Assembly (NCBI RefSeq): GCF_000011805.1 | Contig: NC_006840.2 | Strand: one strand, 5' to 3' | DNA: 32,000 bases | From: Aliivibrio fischeri ES114 | GTDB lineage: Bacteria > Pseudomonadota > Gammaproteobacteria > Enterobacterales > Vibrionaceae | The notes under the pieces: model-generated | What the model saw: only the letters and a program-made list of their open reading frames with translations | Databases searched by the model: none | What the model was told of the DNA's origin: nothing | Translations under genes and position numbers: made by a program | In this document: positions 30,460-32,000 of the stretch, piece after piece | Layout of the letters: each line of letters starts with the position of its first letter | Numbering within the stretch: the first letter of the stretch is position 1

Positions 30460-30810
30460 ATGAGCAAATTAACGTCAGATACTCAAGCAAACTTAGAACT
30501 TTTCATTTCAGAGACAAAAGAAACACAACTAGTGTGGAGTCTTTATAATGAAGACGGTTGGATTTCAGTAGAATCAACAGAATTTGAAAACTCTGAAGTA
30601 ATGCCATTCTGGTCTAATAAAGAAGATGCTGCTTTTCACAACGTTGAAGAATGGGCTGACTTTGAAGTAACAGAAATCCCACTAGATATTTTTGTTGAAG
30701 ATTGGTTAATCACTCTTTCTGAAGATGGTGTTTTAGTTGGTACTAACTGGAATCAACAACTAGAAGGTAAAGAAGTAGAAGCAAGCGATTTAGCTAAGCT
30801 TTACTTATAA
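30460..30810 (+). CDS. DUF2750 domain-containing protein
   Basis: 116 aa; W-rich small acidic protein with ...GWISVESTEFENSEVMPFWSNKEDAAFHNVEEWADFEVTEIPLDIFVEDWLITLSEDGVLVGTNW, consistent with DUF2750. Confidence 0.75.
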   Translation: MSKLTSDTQANLELFISETKETQLVWSLYNEDGWISVESTEFENSEVMPFWSNKEDAAFHNVEEWADFEVTEIPLDIFVEDWLITLSEDGVLVGTNWNQQLEGKEVEASDLAKLYL

Positions 30811-30838
30811 GGTTTATTTTATCTTTAATGATAAAAAT

Positions 30839-30866
30839 AAAGGTGGTCAATTATGACCACCTTTTT
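30839..30866. terminator. Bidirectional Rho-independent terminator between the DUF2750 gene and dcuC
   Basis: AAAGGTGGTCA-ATTA-TGACCACCTTTTT, perfect 11-bp stem. Confidence 0.9.
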
Positions 30867-30885
30867 GTTTTTAATGTCTATTAAG

Positions 30886-32000
30886 TTACTGAGTCAATTG
30901 TGTTCTATTATTCTTTCTCTTCATTATCCAACCGACACCAACAGAAAGAACTAATATTACAATCAAAAATGGCATTAATTGCTCTAATTGTCCTCCCTTA
31001 GAAAAAGTTAAAATTAGCATTAATAACCAACCACTTACCATTGGTATCAAAGTTCGACGAACTATATCAAATGGAGACAAACCTGAAATACCGGCAACAG
31101 CAATGATAACACCTGCAATCGGAGATATTGTTCTACCAAAACCTGCAGATAATTGAATTGGTAAGATCATATCTACAGTATTCGCACCTATTTTATGAGC
31201 AATTTGGGGCACCATTGGAGCAAAAGAGAAAAAGGCCGCATTCCCTGATCCCATTAATGCAGAAATAATGAAAGTTAATAGAGCCATAAACAAAATAATA
31301 ACAGCAGCAGAAAGCCCAACGCTACTTGCCATATGTAACATTGAATCAATAGCTCCTATTGACTTTAATCCCATAGAAAAAGTCTGGCCTGCTATAATTA
31401 AAGTTACAACAGAAGCAAAAACTTTTCCCATATCATCAAATACTCCTTGTAGTTTTTCAAATACAGGTTTTACTTCTCTTTCTCGAATAAATTCAAATAC
31501 AAGGCTAATAAAAATACTCAAAATGATAGCAGTTGCCATACCCACATTAATTGTCTTCACGCCAAGGCTACTAAATGTAAGCATAAAAAATAATGGTAAC
31601 ATTGGAAGTATTACATAATAGAAGGGAGCACTTTGTTCCGATTCAATATCTTCATAATTTATTGGCTCTAATGTCTGATTTTTTTCGTCATTACGGTCAA
31701 AAAAACGTTGTGTAATTGCATGCATAATTGCCACAACTATAATCAATACGCTAATAATTGGTAATTGTTCCCCAACAAAGTATTCCGTAATCTCTAGACC
31801 AGCGGTTTGAGCAGCTAAAATTGAGTTTCCTGAACCAGGACCAAACTCAATAGCGCAAGTACTCGCTAATACAGAAGCAACACCCGCTTTACTACAGCCC
31901 AGTCTAATCAATACAGGATAAAGTGTTGCCATCAACAATAAACCAAGTCCCGTTGCGCTTGAGATAAAGAGTGATAACATCTGACCAAGAATAAAGGCAA
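30886..32000 (-). CDS. dcuC: DcuC family C4-dicarboxylate transporter, C-terminal part; runs off the window edge
   Basis: Track ORF starts at 31980, but the frame stays open upstream (AFILGQ before MLSLF), so the real start is beyond base 32000. Multi-TM protein with DcuC-like GSGNAAFFSFAPMVPQIA and SAGFGRTISPIAGVIIAVAG. Confidence 0.8.
   Translation of the reverse strand, partial: AFILGQMLSLFISSATGLGLLLMATLYPVLIRLGCSKAGVASVLASTCAIEFGPGSGNSILAAQTAGLEITEYFVGEQLPIISVLIIVVAIMHAITQRFFDRNDEKNQTLEPINYEDIESEQSAPFYYVILPMLPLFFMLTFSSLGVKTINVGMATAIILSIFISLVFEFIREREVKPVFEKLQGVFDDMGKVFASVVTLIIAGQTFSMGLKSIGAIDSMLHMASSVGLSAAVIILFMALLTFIISALMGSGNAAFFSFAPMVPQIAHKIGANTVDMILPIQLSAGFGRTISPIAGVIIAVAGISGLSPFDIVRRTLIPMVSGWLLMLILTFSKGGQLEQLMPFLIVILVLSVGVGWIMKRKNNRTQLTQ

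Overview
The window looks like ordinary chromosomal sequence from a Vibrionaceae (Aliivibrio-like) genome; the species is inferred from protein resemblance only. From left to right it contains:
- a partial cysB (-)
- a conserved membrane-anchored hypothetical (+)
- miaE (-)
- a sulA-like gene with a LexA box (+)
- a small hypothetical (-)
- a FapA/DUF342 protein (-)
- a glutaredoxin (-)
- a yggN/DUF2884-like gene (-)
- purC with a candidate PurR box (+)
- an AcfA-like outer-membrane beta-barrel gene (-)
- hrpA (-)
- tusE (+)
- acylphosphatase yccX (-)
- two methyl-accepting chemotaxis proteins (+)
- rlmI (+)
- a single 11.9 kb gene for a 3971-aa adhesin (-)
- a DUF2750 protein (+)
- a partial dcuC-like transporter (-)

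The adhesin is the most notable element. It has a LapA-type N-terminal retention module with a TAAG candidate LapG cleavage site, about 31-32 VCBS/cadherin-like repeats, and a C-terminal type I secretion domain. Within it are a recent 645-bp tandem duplication, a Gly-rich/Cys-containing break in the array, and an upstream 10-bp-arm inverted repeat. I see no CRISPR array, transposase, integrase, toxin-antitoxin or recognisable defence cassette, and no convincing wholly new system.
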